A stretch of DNA of 55,166 nt from Catajapyx aquilonaris. Lineage: Eukaryota. This document shows positions 33,661-48,000 of the stretch, one piece after another. Made by a program: the position numbers and the translations under genes. A model generated the notes under the pieces. It worked only from the letters and a program-made list of their open reading frames with translations, did not search any database and was not told the DNA's origin. How positions within the stretch are numbered: position 1 is the stretch's first letter; every line of letters starts with the position of its first letter. Location of the stretch: positions 62,001 to 117,166 of the forward strand of contig KZ538160.1 of the NCBI GenBank assembly GCA_000934665.2, read 5' to 3'.

Positions 33661-36600
33661 CCGCCTAACGATCCGCCCTAAATTCCAAAACGCGACCTCG
33701 CACAAAATCAGTTTCCAATCGCTTGCAAAAGCAAGTAGTTCCTCGTCCCGAGCTGCAAAGCAGGAGTTGAAAATGCTAACCCTAATCAACTTGGAGAGCG
33801 TTCCTTACGAATTCAGCGTGAAAGAGAACAGTGGGCATCAATCTAAGCGAGTAAGGTTGTAAAGCTATAAAAATGTGCAGTCCGTCAGCTCGAGGGTGAA
33901 AAGAAATGCGATGGAAAGAAAAGGGGTGGGAGGCAGTGGGAGGATAGGAGGGGTAAAATGCACTCATCTCATCCTCCCCCGCCTACCAACCCCCCCCCCC
34001 CCCCCGAATCTTGCTCTCCTCTAAACTTTCACGTTTAAAGCAGTTGAGCAAGCGGGATCATCCGAGTAATCAGTTGAGCATGCAGGAGATAGGACGAATA
34101 AATCTGAAACGGTGAAAGAGACAAAGAGGGCGCGGAAGGAAGTAAAAGTGGAGTGAGTCGACCCTGGCGGCGGATTCTAGAAGCACCTCCGCCATCGTCG
34201 TGGGGTCCTGCCCGATGTCGTCTCTGAGCGAGCGAGTGCAATCTGTCTGGTTGGCCCAGGGCTGCTGAAAGGCTGCTTCCCTTTCGGCCAGAACACAGAG
34301 CAAGTAGCAGGAAAGACTCTGCAGGGAATTGAAGCAGATGCTGCCGTTTTAATGGAGGCAAAGGAGGGCCGAGTACAAGACTGCTGCAGCAGCGATTTAG
34401 CGTGCGGAAGAGAAATAGAGTGCTGCCACTCCCCGAGGGGAAGAGGAAATGTAGGCCACAAGACTTGCAATCAGCAGGGAGAAGGATAATGTGTCTTCTG
34501 GGCATAGAGAAAGCAAAGTGAAGCAGCTCTCGCGCTCTGCTAGATACACCGTCTGCAGCTTTTTTTGTGGGGGGGGGGGGGGCTCTGCTTCTTCTCCTTC
34601 GATACCACTCATCCGGAATCACTTCATTTAGCGGTCCACATCGCCCCCGACATGCCGTCCACGCTGCTACTCTTGTCGGCCCACCTCCATTTCAAACAGC
34701 AGTGTAACACCCAGCAGCATCCAGCAAGCGCAGCAATAAACCTCTCGGACCTTGCTAGTCACGTGTCGTTCAATATTGGACAAGCGTAAAATTTTGATGC
34801 GAATAGTGAGCACGTTTCCTCTCTCCTGAATGTGAGCACAGCAGGTGGGGATCGATCAATTGCTGTTGGAGATGATTAGCACAAACACCTAGTGTTTGGA
34901 CCACCAGGCTACTGCATCTCTCCTTCCATCCCCAGGCTTCAAGCCAACATCCATTAAACTCAACCCCTAGTGCTATTAGTGCGACGAATGCGGGTGGCCA
35001 CCATTGTAGCTGGTGGCTCCCCTTTCCGGCAGGCAGCAGCATGTCTGGAGCCCACTTCGTCAACGGCCGTGACCCCCCTCAAAAATGGCCAGCCATTTAT
35101 CAATATGATTGCACGCACCCTGACTCTACAAATGATTCTGTGTCGTGATAGGTTGCCATCCCCGGAAAACGACGGCCGTTCCAGAGAGAAAGCCCTACCT
35201 CCCCTCTTTTTCCTGTCTCTCCCATCTTATAGTCCGGCTCCCAAAGTCCGGCGGCGACAATCTCGGACCAGCGTGCAATTAAAGCTTATCGGGGCAGCAG
35301 TAAGGAAGGGTGTTTCCTTCGCTTAAGGGCCACATCTTCCACCACGGAATGAAACCGCAGGGCTACCCCTTAACCCCTTCCACCCTTACTCCATCCTAGA
35401 TTTTCCGGAAGGCTGGCGTAAACAAAACCCACAAGCTTACTTCCTTCTGGTTACCGTCAGATTCAAAGAGCATTATTTTAATGGATCGTTCCTTCAGGAG
35501 TAATATCATTTGGCATTATGACTGTTGTAACCTGCAGCATTCCAACTTTCAACCGAATTTGCTCCTTTATCACGATCCGGCCCAACTTCATCCTTTGCAC
35601 CCCGGGCCAACTGCACTTAGGCTAATAGAAAACAGCATAATGTAGTAATAGCAGAATTCGGAGAGGACTTCTGATTTCATCTTGCAACTGAATAGACAAG
35701 CGTGGAATTTTTTTTCTTCGTCTTCCTAGGGCGGATGAGGGGAATGCGCTCTCTGAGCCGGCTGTTACTTAAATGACATAAATATGTACTGTTAACCCCT
35801 ACTCTCGTTAATTGTATTGCTTATTTATTACGAGCAGTACAGACTCAGGATATAACAGCTCATTACTGCGTAAGTGCATGTAAATTTTAATTTACTGCTT
35901 TATAGGAGCGCCCTCATGCCTTTCATAACAATGCATAAGCACGCATATGTAGAGACTGTTTTCATTAATAATGGCTCTCATTAAGTCCGCGCTTTATCTA
36001 CAAACTTATTGAGTACACTCTCTCAGGTGCACTTCAAAATGATTGCGCCTATGAGATTAAACTTTGGTTATTTTGAGCTCATAATATTTCACGCGGATGA
36101 AAAACGACAGCAGTGAGATAAAGGTAAGGGTTCAGGCTTGAAGGTCTGCTGCATCCTGCTGCTGGCCGTATTATACACAAGCACATGCAGACTGTGCCAC
36201 TCTCGCCAGCACTCTGGAGGACTTGCTTCCAATACAATCCATATGCATTCCGCGTAAAATCCCAAGGAAATCCTTGCCCCATGCAGCCAGTCGCCCGGGC
36301 AGGCGAAAATAATGAATAAATAAATAACTGAGGACTGTTTGCAGGCGCCGGGATCAGCTGTAAGTGGCAGGGAATAAAGAGGCTTCATTATCTTCGGCCG
36401 GCAGACTTCGCGAAAGGGGCAGGTACTATGTACGACGTATATATCCAAGGGGGTAACCTGCCTATCCAATGATCTGGTTTTTTTTTTTCTTCTTCACCCT
36501 GAAGGGCTCGAAGGATGCCGCCAGCTAGCAGTTTGCAAGGGAATAGCTTCTTTTGCTTCTTCTGCCAACTCCCAATTTCATCCTTCTCTCTTCCTTGGGA

Positions 36601-37759
36601 GCCTTTCCATCTTATAGCATACAAAACAAAACAAAATATAAAATAATATAATATTAAGGCATTGCATGTGTATCAAATCAGTCGATTCGGATATGATTCC
36701 ACTCAAAAAAAAAAATGTCACAAATTTTTCTTTACAAACTTCAGCTGAGCCGATACTATCGTCAAGATGGCATATGGCATGATTATTTTGATTTGAAACA
36801 TTCCTTCGCGTCCCTGCATACGCAAAACTTAGACGCATGGGTTTTAAAGAAATCATAGTGCATAGTAAAAAAATATACATCCAAGAAAATTTTGCAGAAG
36901 TTTGCAAGTCCGATGGCTTCAGAGTTGTAACAGAACACCATGGCGCACTCTGCCGTATTATGTCAACTGAGAATTTTCGTGACAGAAGTGCACAGGAAAT
37001 AGAGCAGGAGTGGAAAGATTACGAAAAAAATGATCGAAAAGGCGGTGGTGGGTCTTTTTATGAGCCTTTGAGACTCCCGGACCGAGACGGCGTTGCAATC
37101 AAAAAGCGATCACGCCAAACGTAAAAAGATACCGAATAGTTTCCCTTCCTCATTCCTATACTCTCTAACAAACTGTCCTACGCCTGTCCCCAAACCTCCT
37201 TTTCGCAGGCTAGGATCCCCTTCTATATCCCATCTCAAGTCTTCACCGATCACAATCCGCAATTTATATCCCTAAATCTCTGTTAATGATCCTCTTAATG
37301 ATCAATCACGTGCAACCTCTCCTGTCGGGGTCAACAATGCTGCGTGCACAAAATACGGCCTCGAGTCTATATAGCGCACTATGTCAACCCTTGACTCGAT
37401 ATCTGGGATTTATTTTACCCTATAGTCAAGATAAATGTCGACTTACAAGGCATTTACGACCCACGTATACATAAGAAAATGGCTAGGGGCACTGCCCTTT
37501 CCTGTCTAGAGATATGCAGAAAACTGCTGTTCAACTATGCATAACACGATACGTATTTTGTTATAGATGATTGATTTGCATGGTACACGTTGTCCTTGTG
37601 ATGGATAAAATAAAATATAGCTGCTATATAACACTGTAAGTTACGAACATGTGAACTGTTATTCCTAAGCCGTGTAAAGCCTTGTTTCCACTGGCAATTC
37701 CACTGGCATAATTTTTAAGCACAAAAATAGAGCACAAAATCAAACAAACTTTATTATTA

Positions 37760-37832
37760 TTACTTTATAATTTTTATTTATTATGTTACCCCATTCTAGG
37801 GCGTGCCCTTTTAGGGGGACTATGACTTTATG
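37760..37832 (-). mobile_element. Extremely 5'-truncated retroposon: 3' stem-loop plus A-rich tail only
   Basis: Minus strand ccccctaaaagggcacgccctagaatggggta followed by aataaataaaaa resembles the SINE 3' ends. Flanked by the 12-bp direct repeat actttattatta (37748-37759, 37833-37844), which is low complexity. Confidence 0.6.
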
Positions 37833-38336
37833 ACTTTATTATTAATCGCCTAGAAACAAAAAATTGTTCTGGCTTGCATTTTGTCCAGAACAAAAATTAT
37901 GCCGGTGGAAACAAGGCTTTATAGACCAAAATCCCGAAAATATACATATAATTTATGCAATATACGTACATACGGTAATTGAATTGAGAGCTGATAACAT
38001 ATATTATTCATATCGCAATTCAATTATTGTCGTTATTGTTTTCTGGCTGCATTTTCAACCACACAGTAATTTTAGCATGGAATTAAAACACTGCATATGA
38101 CAGTGTTTCCAAAACACTTGTATCACTAAAACTCGTCAAATCGACTTTGTATTACGTACGTACTTGTACAAAATACTAATCAAAATTCATAGATCCTTGA
38201 TATGCTTGAAGAGGTACGGTAGTGTCCTCATACACCTACGGCAGGCCTTTTATACATGCAAGCTGATAATCAAGCTCAGCCGACTCTAGTATACGCCAAG
38301 TGACTGCGTAGTAACGATGAGCCATTATGACTCCTC

Positions 38337-38423
38337 CATCAAGTAATAACAGTTTAGTATCCATGGACGTTAGCCAATGACCTTACTCAATACCCATGCA
38401 TGCCATTCTGTTATTACTTGATG
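38337..38423. mobile_element. 87-bp mini-MITE with perfect 16-bp TIRs
   Basis: CATCAAGTAATAACAG ... CTGTTATTACTTGATG. The CAT-starting TIR loosely resembles P-element ends, but there is no 8-bp TSD. Confidence 0.55.
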
Positions 38424-40380
38424 AGGTAATTACATTGGCTGCAACAAAAAGCATTGCCGACCCAAATAGCGACTCAGCTCTAGTTTCAGGCTGGACATAA
38501 ATTCACCTTGTTCCCTTGTGACCGTCACATAGAAGTTTCAGTCTATTTACAGTGAATATCACCAGTAGTCCAACCCCAAATCCAACACGTTTCATGACTG
38601 TTCTTGCACTGTAGGCTATAATTATGGCTGTGCATTTAAAAACTGTGTTGTAGATTTAACTTGAAACAACAGCAATGCATTCAAATATATGTACAGAGTA
38701 CAATATGTAGCTTGTTGTGTAGGCCTACGTGCAAATGTACCGGCATGTTAAAGTAGACAACACTCCTGTGTGAACTTGGTGCGTGACAAACAAAACAGCT
38801 TTCATGCACTTTAACACTCATATTCAGCCTTATGCGAGCAAGGGCATTATTTTTACACGAGCTACTCAGCTACATTACATAAAAAGGATGGGTTATCTCA
38901 GTCCGAGGTATGAATAGGAATAGGGATATAATATACGGTTTTTAGTTTATAATGATGCTGCGTGAAAATTAGCATCAAGCAGGGCGAACTGGATTTTAGG
39001 TAATTTTGTTTGCCTTTCTCCACCTTCCCCAATAAAACTGTAGAAAGAAAATTAGAAGCTTTGTCATAATAACGTAGGCTTATCACAAATTCAAAAATGC
39101 CATAATAACAATAAATACGACGTAAAGTAGTCAGATCTAGCTCATAATAAAGCAAGGGCTTCAACGAACACTTTTAAAAAATGCTGCAGGCTGTATGTCC
39201 AGTCCCTCTCATGGTTTTTCCCCTTCTTATAGGTGCGGACCACATATGAATAATACATCAAGAAAAGGAACACTTTAACCCCATCATCCACAATTCACCC
39301 CACAACCCTAGCCGACATGACAACTTCCCGACCCCATGTGTGTGTCCGAGTAGTTGTTCACATCTGCCACATTTCCGCTTATGACTAGTGTGGCGTATTT
39401 TTCAGTTTTTAGTTGCACAATATAATTTAGTAAAATATTTTAATTCGGAAAATTATTTACCAAGTGCACCATCTGGTTCTAATGATTACAGTCTTCATAC
39501 CGTACCCGGATCTTTTGAGCTTCGACCACATGCCTTTAATCAAATTATGGCAGGCCCAAATCTGATCAGCTACTTTTGATTCCCACTCATTGAGAGCAGG
39601 TAAGTGGCCTAAGAGGTGCCCTGTGGTACGACGCGGTGAGCTGAGACACGGTGAGCTATGAAGTGTGATAGGCAGTAGAGAATAGTTGTGCAAGCAGCAA
39701 GCTAGCTGTAGTAAGGCCGCATCGTCGAGGCGAGTATGGGGCGTGACGAGGCCTAGTCTCTTCTTTGTGGTGTTCCTTTGGGAGTAATGAGAGGCGGTTG
39801 GGCGCCCCGCCAAAGGAACGGGGCTCGGCCCATTTGCCCCCACGTCGCGCCCCATCCCCTCCTTCTCAGGCCTTTCTATTAAGGAGATTACCAGAAACCT
39901 CCCCCGATCCCTTCCACCTCACCTCCATTTTACGGGGTCATTGCTCACTCCTTCAACCGTGACCACCTTCTCTCACCTTTCCTCCCTATTCCAACTACTC
40001 AAATCCGCCTCCCTCCATACTGCACCTCCCACCCCTCCTGCCCTCTCATCCAGCTACGACTGTTCCCGTCACCCCATTTCTTCCTTTTGGCTGTGCACAA
40101 TTATTGTCGCCTGGAGCAATCAATAGGAGGAGAGTGGCCAAAATAATCTTTCCGGAACATGGTCCAGAGATGTAGGCAGTGGTCTCGCGTCCGTTGAATC
40201 TAGTAGTAGTGTTTGCATATGCAGAATTGAGGAGAATCCTACGAGGTGGGACAGCACTTCACTGTTATGAAGGCATTGGCTACGAAGATAGGAAAAGCCA
40301 AGATAGAATTGCTTACTGTAACTATTCGTTTAAAGATGAGCATGTATTTTGTAGTTTTAGTGTATATTTGTCAGGTCACA

Positions 40381-40487
40381 CTTGTGGCGTGCCCTGCCCT
40401 GCTACAGGGGGCACGCCACAAGGAACTAGGCCCAGATACCCACCAGGCCTAGTCAAGACCCCTTTGTCCCACTCACCCCAACAAAGG
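40381..40487. other. Three consecutive perfect hairpins (candidate structured RNA or retroposon fragment)
   Basis: Stems: 14 bp (40381-40394 / 40409-40422), 8 bp (40425-40432 / 40446-40453) and 7 bp (40461-40467 / 40481-40487). Confidence 0.55.
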
Positions 40488-40893
40488 AGCCACACAGTTT
40501 CCGTAGGTTTTTTGAAAATGATAAGGAATAAAAGTACTAGCAATCTTAGCATGCATATAAGGCGTCAAGAGTAAACACAAACGATGGAGTCTGTGCGGTT
40601 GTTGCACTTCACGACCATGTCTATAGTGCTTTTGTTGTTGTCTGGTCGACTGTATCCTAAAGGGAGGATCTGGCGTTGCTTTTCGTAGAATTTGCAGAGT
40701 CGTGAAGCTCAAAATCAGAGTGGCTGTCGCGAATTGAAAGGGGGCATATCCGCGCATCAGTAGAGCTGGCCAATGCAACGATTCAAAATAAGTAGTGAGT
40801 GGTCACTCCAAAGCCGGACTCCAAAGCAGTGACCCTTCTGCACTGAACGTCCTGGTGGTGGCTGGATTCAATGCCGGGATCCGCCCTCTTCTA

Positions 40894-41075
40894 TTTGTTT
40901 ACCATTTTTGAGCGATAGACTGATGACGTCACGAGTAACTGGCCCACTATTTGACCTGTATTTTAAACTTGTAAACGCCATATTTATTGCGACACATGTC
41001 ACTTTTCGGATACTAGGACACATGTGGACACATTCTGCGCATTATCTGAAATTTTTTAAATGAGGCAGTGGACCT
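40894..41075. mobile_element. Kolobok-like right half
   Basis: Ends in agtggacct|TTAA (41076-41079) and carries tttgtttac and tgacgtca words upstream. Left end not found. Confidence 0.3.
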
Positions 41076-44000
41076 TTAAGGTGGCATTATGTGGTACAGG
41101 TGCCTTATAATTATATGTTCATTAATGTCATAAAGCGTTGTGTGTGGCCCTTTGGATAGTGAATAAAAGGTTACCTGCTATAGTCAGTTCATACTACCGT
41201 GCTCTGTGTGTATAGAGTTCGTTATTATGAAGCAAGCGAATAAGCGCAGCAGCACACAAACAAAAGGCTTTTAACCTCCATTACATGATGAGAAATCAGC
41301 AGAGTTTCCACATGTTCAGGTATACCTTGTTCGGTCTTGTGTATGTGAAAAACTCCATTACAGTATCATTCTGCAGAGTTCTAGGTAACAGTATATAAGC
41401 CTTTACCGTCAATGCTTTGCAGAAGTCAGTGCCACAGGTAACGAGGGGGGAAAATACTAAATATTCCCTCATTTCACTAATTTTCGTATGTCTCCAGGTC
41501 AGATACGGTACCAGTGCCGTCTCATAAACGAAAAGTTTCATTTTCAATAATTATTGCACATGCTATCCAGTTAGATTCACCTGCTACATGTCTCAGTATG
41601 ATGGGAGGCTTATTGTGCACATCCTCTCCAGTCTGACCCACAAGCTCCAACAGTGATGTGTATTTTTATTGATTTCTTACAATCTAATTGTCAGTCTTAG
41701 TTATCTTCAATCTGGGAAAATTGTAGATACAGTACATCTCAGTTGATAGAACTTAAAACTTCTGTAATGAATGATCGACATTCGACATTGTTAATCTCCG
41801 TGCTGATGTCAGTTGGAAACTAAACACCATCCAGGTTGAAAGGCACCAACTTTACATTGTAACATACACGTAACGTCGCACTTATCTGGACTCTATAAGG
41901 CTATAGTATCTCAAGATAGTAATTTCAAGTGAAACAGACTCGTACAAAAGTGCCAAATATTCATCACATATTATCACAATGTTCAAAGAAATATAAAGGC
42001 AAACCCCCACGTGTTGCTGCCCATGTTGTACACGTGCCGTATTCATACAAAAAAAAGTCCAAGATTTCCACAGGTCAATTGCTTCCTTGCTAGCGCCCAG
42101 CTTCCTGTTCCTTCTACGCTTTCAAGCCGTCTTATGAGCCAAGTTGCGAGATGAGCCGCTTCTATGAATCAGCCGACCTTTCATTATCTCCAAAGATGAA
42201 AAAAAAAAAAGTTCAGCTCAGCTATAGTATAGCTTTCGCGAAGAGCTGTATGGAAGCCGTCACTTCGGCTTTCCCGGAAGAAGGAGGGAAAAAAAATCCC
42301 CAATCAAAGGACCATAAGTCGGAATTAGATTACTGCAGATGGACCAAGTTACTAGGTTCCAAGTCCGGCTTTCAGCTGACAGTTTCCATCTCCAGTGTGA
42401 ATATATAGAGAGTTCGTCTCAACATCAATCTCAGGAAGTGAAAAGGAATAATTCTCTGAAATTTATCAGCATGTCTTTCCACCAACTCATGTCATAATAT
42501 TTTTTAACATTGGCCTTCGAGTCTCTTTGATCATTGCACTCTTGTACCGGAAATAATCAAATAATGTGAGTCATCCTAGCCGTTTCTTGATAAAAGGTTT
42601 CAAAATATATGGAACTCACATCCTTCGCATAAATTTCACAGACATCCTTCTTTTGTTAGAAGAACAGCAATATTATAAAAATGTGTTCCGCACCCCCTCC
42701 CTCCACCCACCCCAAAAAAAAAAAAGTTCGGACAGAAAGAAATCGCCCCTGCTGTCTGCATCTGCTCCGCAATTGAAGAAAGCACAAGACAAAATAACCG
42801 GCCTGATATTCATTTTATCAGAGAAGGCCTTTGTTGGCAAGAAGTACGAGTAGGGGAAAGTAGAAGGGGACAGGAGAAGAGTCGTTTGGACCAGCGAGAC
42901 CTTCCCGGGGCTTTAAGATAGCATCCAGATGAGGCAAAGAAATGACTTTTGGGCCCCTCAGGCTCGCGGGATAAAATAATGGTCCCCTTGACACCACGCC
43001 ATAGCTTTGGTACCCCCCCCCCCTACCAAACTAGAGCACTGCGCCAGCGCCCACTATCACTAAAACCGGTCGTACACATCACTCCTACATATACGCACCC
43101 TTATAAAAGTATAGAGACTGGTGGCGAAAGGTTTCCAAAGAGAGGTTGCCGTAGCAATCCTGGTTGATCTGGCAGCTTATTAGCTCCGGGAGTAGCAACA
43201 GCCTGCAGCCTGAGACCGATAAGGAATCGGGGAGCTGTTGGTGGCTGGTAACAAAAAGAGGCACAGGGGCGAGCCTTGTTTTGCGGCCAATGCCAGCTGT
43301 AGCGGGCCATGTCAGCAGCTGGATGACCTGGCCCATCATTTTCTCCCCATCTGTGCCTCCCCCCTACACCCACCAGCCCCCACTATCCCAATCCTTGGCC
43401 CCCCCAAAGAGATGAGTAATGAGAGCACCGACCCGACCACCTAAGTTATGACCATTGATTTTCTTCCCCTTCTAATCTGAGAGAATTATGATAATGGGGA
43501 AACACCCTCAACCGCAGCTGATGAAAAATTAGCTGTGGGTGGGGCCAGATTGGATCCTGGCCCCCTGGCCCACACCGCCCCCACCATGGCCCATCCTGAT
43601 CCTACAGGGAAAAGAAGCCACCCATCTCTCTCGCTCGTTCGCCCCCACGATTGCCCCCTCAACTCTCCAGACGAGTGTGAGCTAGTCTCATTACTCAAAC
43701 TACTGTCAGTCAAACTTGCTCGGTAAATAAGCCGTGGATAAGTGTCTACTAAATGCTCTTTCCAACTATCACGAACCGGGGCACGTAGCTCCAGCTCTTT
43801 TTTTTATCAAAGGGAGGTAATCCGTGCAATAATAGGATTCTCTCCAAAATTCATTCAGGGAATTCCACTTCAAATGTCACAATAATTACCTTGTGTCATG
43901 CTGGATACAATGGTATTATTGTATGTATATATGGTCGTAGAAATGAATATTTCTTTGATAATTTACTGATTGATTTAGCGCTAGTAAGGAGATTAAAAGA

Positions 44001-44744
44001 ACCCTGATGAATATGCGAATTAATCCATGGACGGTGCTTCAGAAAACCAAAATTAATTAGTACAACACCGTACGGCATAGGTTGCCCTATATAGGAAGCT
44101 CAACATTTTAAGCTCTCAGCACAGAGGTTGTTCATGTTTTATTACTATAGCTTGAATATTAGAGGTGCATCCCAAGAAGGAGAAGAGCCTATATTGTGGT
44201 TTATAATATTACAAAGTATACAGTGTAATACGTGCTCGGGAATAAAGAGCTGTTTTTCGGCTTTACTACGTACTTGTATTTCAAAGCTCCAATTATACCG
44301 CACTATTCTACAATACTGTGTGATTCAAAGCCGGTTTCCGCCAGAATTATTTTTCTTTAGTACAAAATGTAACGTGAGCTGGAACACCTTTCGTCCCATT
44401 CATAGGCCAGGTAATGCATGTACTGTGCGGGGATATTTCGAAATATTTTATGCCCCCGCAGGTGATTTTCTCCCGAATTCATTTTTCCGGCGTTTTCTGT
44501 GTACAGCCGGTTTTTTTTTGTTTAAAGTCAGTCACTGTTGTGACTACATAGTGCAAAAGCTGGTGGCAATAAGCAATCAAGTGACCTGAATATACAAGGT
44601 GATGGCAAAGATACGTAGTTATTCCTCTTGGCTGCAGGCTTTTTTGCGAATTTTCACGACTAAATTACTCCGCAATGAGTTTAGTAGATTATATAGACCA
44701 AACTAGAAGTAACAACAGTAGAACTTCTGTAACTCTGATCTACA

Positions 44745-45073
44745 CAGGGTGTCTCATCTTTTTGTCCGAACAGTTATCGGGAAATTGCTACTTAGCTGCT
44801 ACTTTTTAAGCAGTGACTTGCAACCGGTGATTTGTCGGAGGAATGGGGAATGAGGAAAAAGAGGGTCACACATCCCATGGCATGTGAGACCCTTTTTTTC
44901 CAGGCTTGACACTCAATTTTCAGCGGGCATCACGTATGCCACTTCAACCTACGATTCGCAGGGAATATTCCCCGTTCCGCCGAAAAATCACCGTTTGCAA
45001 GTCACTGCTTAAAAAGTAGCAGCTACGCGCAATTTTCCGATAACTGTTCAGACAAAAAAGATGAGACACCCTG
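44745..45073. mobile_element. Mariner-like MITE (CAGGGTGTC ends, ~105-bp TIRs), copy 1
   Basis: cagggtgtctcatctttttgtccgaacagttatcgg ... ccgataactgttcagacaaaaaagatgagacaccctg|TA. The left flank is CA, probably a mutated TA. Confidence 0.92.
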
Positions 45074-48000
45074 TATAATCTGTTTATGGTAATAATGTAT
45101 CACGTATAAGTTTTAAGAATTTTGTCATAATCTTCCACTGTCCCAAAAATTAAAATTGAAATAGTGGCCATTCTAAATGAAAGAAAATTACAAATTCCCA
45201 ACTTTCAAACTTAGATTTTCGCTACTCAGAAAACAGCATATTTAAAAAATTCTTCTACAATCATTAGGGATATATTTCAAAATATCTTATACATTCTGAA
45301 AGCGGGCAGCCTTTCATAATAATTATTTGCATATTTTGATATTTTCAGTTGTGTCAAAAGTAGGCTATGCGTGTATTTCGAGTACGGTGCTGATAGTTCA
45401 TAACCATAAAGTGACATTTAAAAGACGATAATTTGTAGACTGATTGATGTCTCTTTTATGATAAACACGTTTTGCCATTTTCACCTTGTATAATTAAAGT
45501 GTTTTGCAGGAATTTGATAATTAATTTTTGACACATACTCACTCAGGTAAATGCTCGGATGAATATTTCAAACACATCCCATAGGGTCTAACTACTTCAT
45601 TTCCTCATTTGGCATGGAATGACCCAGCACCTACAATATTGTAAACAAACAACCTTATAACCTCAGCCACGCCTATGATCCTATTTTTCGATATATTCAC
45701 ATCGAGTCTTAATACTAGAAACACACCTTTCACTTACTCACTCATGGCCATATCTGCATTCGAGGAGCATAAGAATGTTCAAAGACATTTCATCGCACCA
45801 AACTGTAATTTGTTCGTTTTCAATACCACTTTATAATAACCACCTGTTTCCTGTCCAGGCTGGACAGTTGGGCTACTATTGTAACGTACGGTAGCCTATC
45901 TAAAATGTCAGAGGTACACCACAGGTAACCCAATTTGGTATAGTTAGTTACCTCCAATGGCCAAACTGTAGTAGGCCTACCCTATATTATATCAGAATAA
46001 ACCAATATTGCCAACAGCAAAACCATGCTCAAATTATCACTCCTTCCGGACAGATCTCTAATTTTGAAACACACACCCATAATATGTATTATCCCCATTA
46101 TACATGCATAAACTGTACATAGCCACAAAATAATAATAATACACCTGCTCCACTCCATGAAAATATAATATATTCCTGTTGTTTCCCACAGCAGCAACAA
46201 ACACAAAAACAGCACTTCCATCGATTTTGCGACGATATTGTCAGGCGCCGACAATTAATGAAATGGTGTCAACATCACCATGCTATTACAGTATTACACA
46301 CTCAATAAATTCAACATATCGCTCCTTTTAATTCGGTTAGCTCTGTGCCTACAGGCCCAGATGGTAATATTTGCCACTCACGGGAGCCGCTCACTGAACC
46401 GATATTACATCCGTGTATGGAACAGTGTCATTACTCACGACGCTCTTGCAGCATGATTCGTGTTGGGAGACTGTAATTTTCAAGCACATCATTCCAATAT
46501 TTCGCCAGCGGAATGATATGTGCGGTGAGTGGAGTGTAAAGGGTGAGTAATCGGCTAGGACAGGATATAGGCTCCCCCTTTTCTGGTCCAAATGGAACGT
46601 CGGTCGGGGTAGACCCACTATGGTATGCCTATCTCTCCTGAAGCCTGGACCTGATATCCTATCCTTTCCTATCCTATTCCCTTGGCCTGGCGCCAAGCAA
46701 GACTTTTGCAGCCCCATCCTGCGTAATTTCCACCCCCTACTCTACAGCCAGCCTACCCACCATCCTATACCCTATTCCCCCACTATCCTATACCCTATCC
46801 CCCCCCCCCTTGTCTGCATCCAGCCACACTTGCAGGCTTAATGGAAAATTTTGGGCTACTTTTTTGTCCTCGTATGTAATGTGCTGCATTAGCATAAAAT
46901 GCATTAGCGCAGATGCTTTAAAATCGTTTGAATGGGAGGACAGGCGTTGAGTAGAAGAGATGCCAGAGAGCCCTCCCATATCAGGACTCACTTTCTTAGA
47001 AAGAACCAGCTTTCAAATTCTTTAACCTGCTGTTTTTTTGGACCGTGTACTACCTACCTACTATAGGAAGAGAGAAACGAACGGATTATGTCGAACTATC
47101 TGGGCTTGCTCGAAGGAATTCTAAAGGGTTAAGATGACGAGACACGTGTAAGCTGATGGCGCCCATTTAGGAGCAAAGTAAGCTGGGATTCGGATATATT
47201 TTTTTCGTTTTCGTTCGTTTCTTTTTTTTTCGACTGCAGTAGGAGCCGCCAGATTTCTTGGAGGGGGCTCAAAAAATTATTGCGGAGAAAACTATATCGG
47301 CGTTTCTAGAGTCGGAATAACACCAGCAGGTGTCGGCCATGCATTGCGAGATGTTCTTTTTTTGTCCATTTTTTTTAAAGTCTCACCTCCCGTGTCATAC
47401 ACTCTGACGCTTGCAAGCCGTGAGAAAAAATTTATACATTTCTACCATTTCCAAGCGTACAAAATCGAGTCCAAAATCTCCGCAAAGCGTAATGAGAATA
47501 TACGATGCCAATTTCGAAACAGTTTATCAGCAATGTGCAATTTTGTTGACAACTTTATTCATTCGAAAATATTGTAAAACCATTTTTATCTCTAGTTATT
47601 TTTTAATTACATTTATGCTCATAGGCTTGGATTCTCTCTGAATCTGCTGATGATAATCACTAAAGGTGTACTTGAACAATAAGGCAATGAAAATTTCAAT
47701 TGCAAGAGTAGACCATAATGGCCATGAAGCGGACCTCCTCTCTGCATTATACATTAAGGCTGTCAGGCTGAAAGGCCATAGAGCACAAGTTGCTGACAAG
47801 TGACACTGGAAGTGAATCATTGCATGCAGGGTAGTGTGCAGGAATGAATGACGTCAGAGGCGAAAAGCATGGAAGTCGTTTGTGGTTTGCTATCCCTGCT
47901 TTGAAACGGTTGCTCTTACCGCCGGGGCTCTGTTGACACGCATTTGAAGCTTCCCCTAGAGCCATGAGGGGGGTTTCCTTTAAAGTTTCAGGAGGTGAAA

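Noticed and set aside
34035..34622. Longest ORF (195 aa), and the internal ATG frame MAEVLLESAAR
   Set aside because: No recognisable domain, it crosses a G homopolymer, all three frames are similarly open in GC-rich DNA, and there is no good splice donor.
39595..39606. Strong splice donor CAG|GTAAGT (another on the minus strand at 6336-6343)
   Set aside because: No convincing upstream acceptor or coding frame; such words are expected by chance in 55 kb.
41188..41231. Short hairpin with a partial miR-276-like word (taccgtgctct)
   Set aside because: The stem is only ~18 bp with several mismatches, and the miR-276 seed is absent.
41296..41780. Faint RTE-like RT C-terminal similarity (KMKLFVYETALVPYLTW; SFKFYQLRCTVST) on the minus strand
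   Set aside because: Too few conserved residues and inconsistent spacing to support without a profile search.
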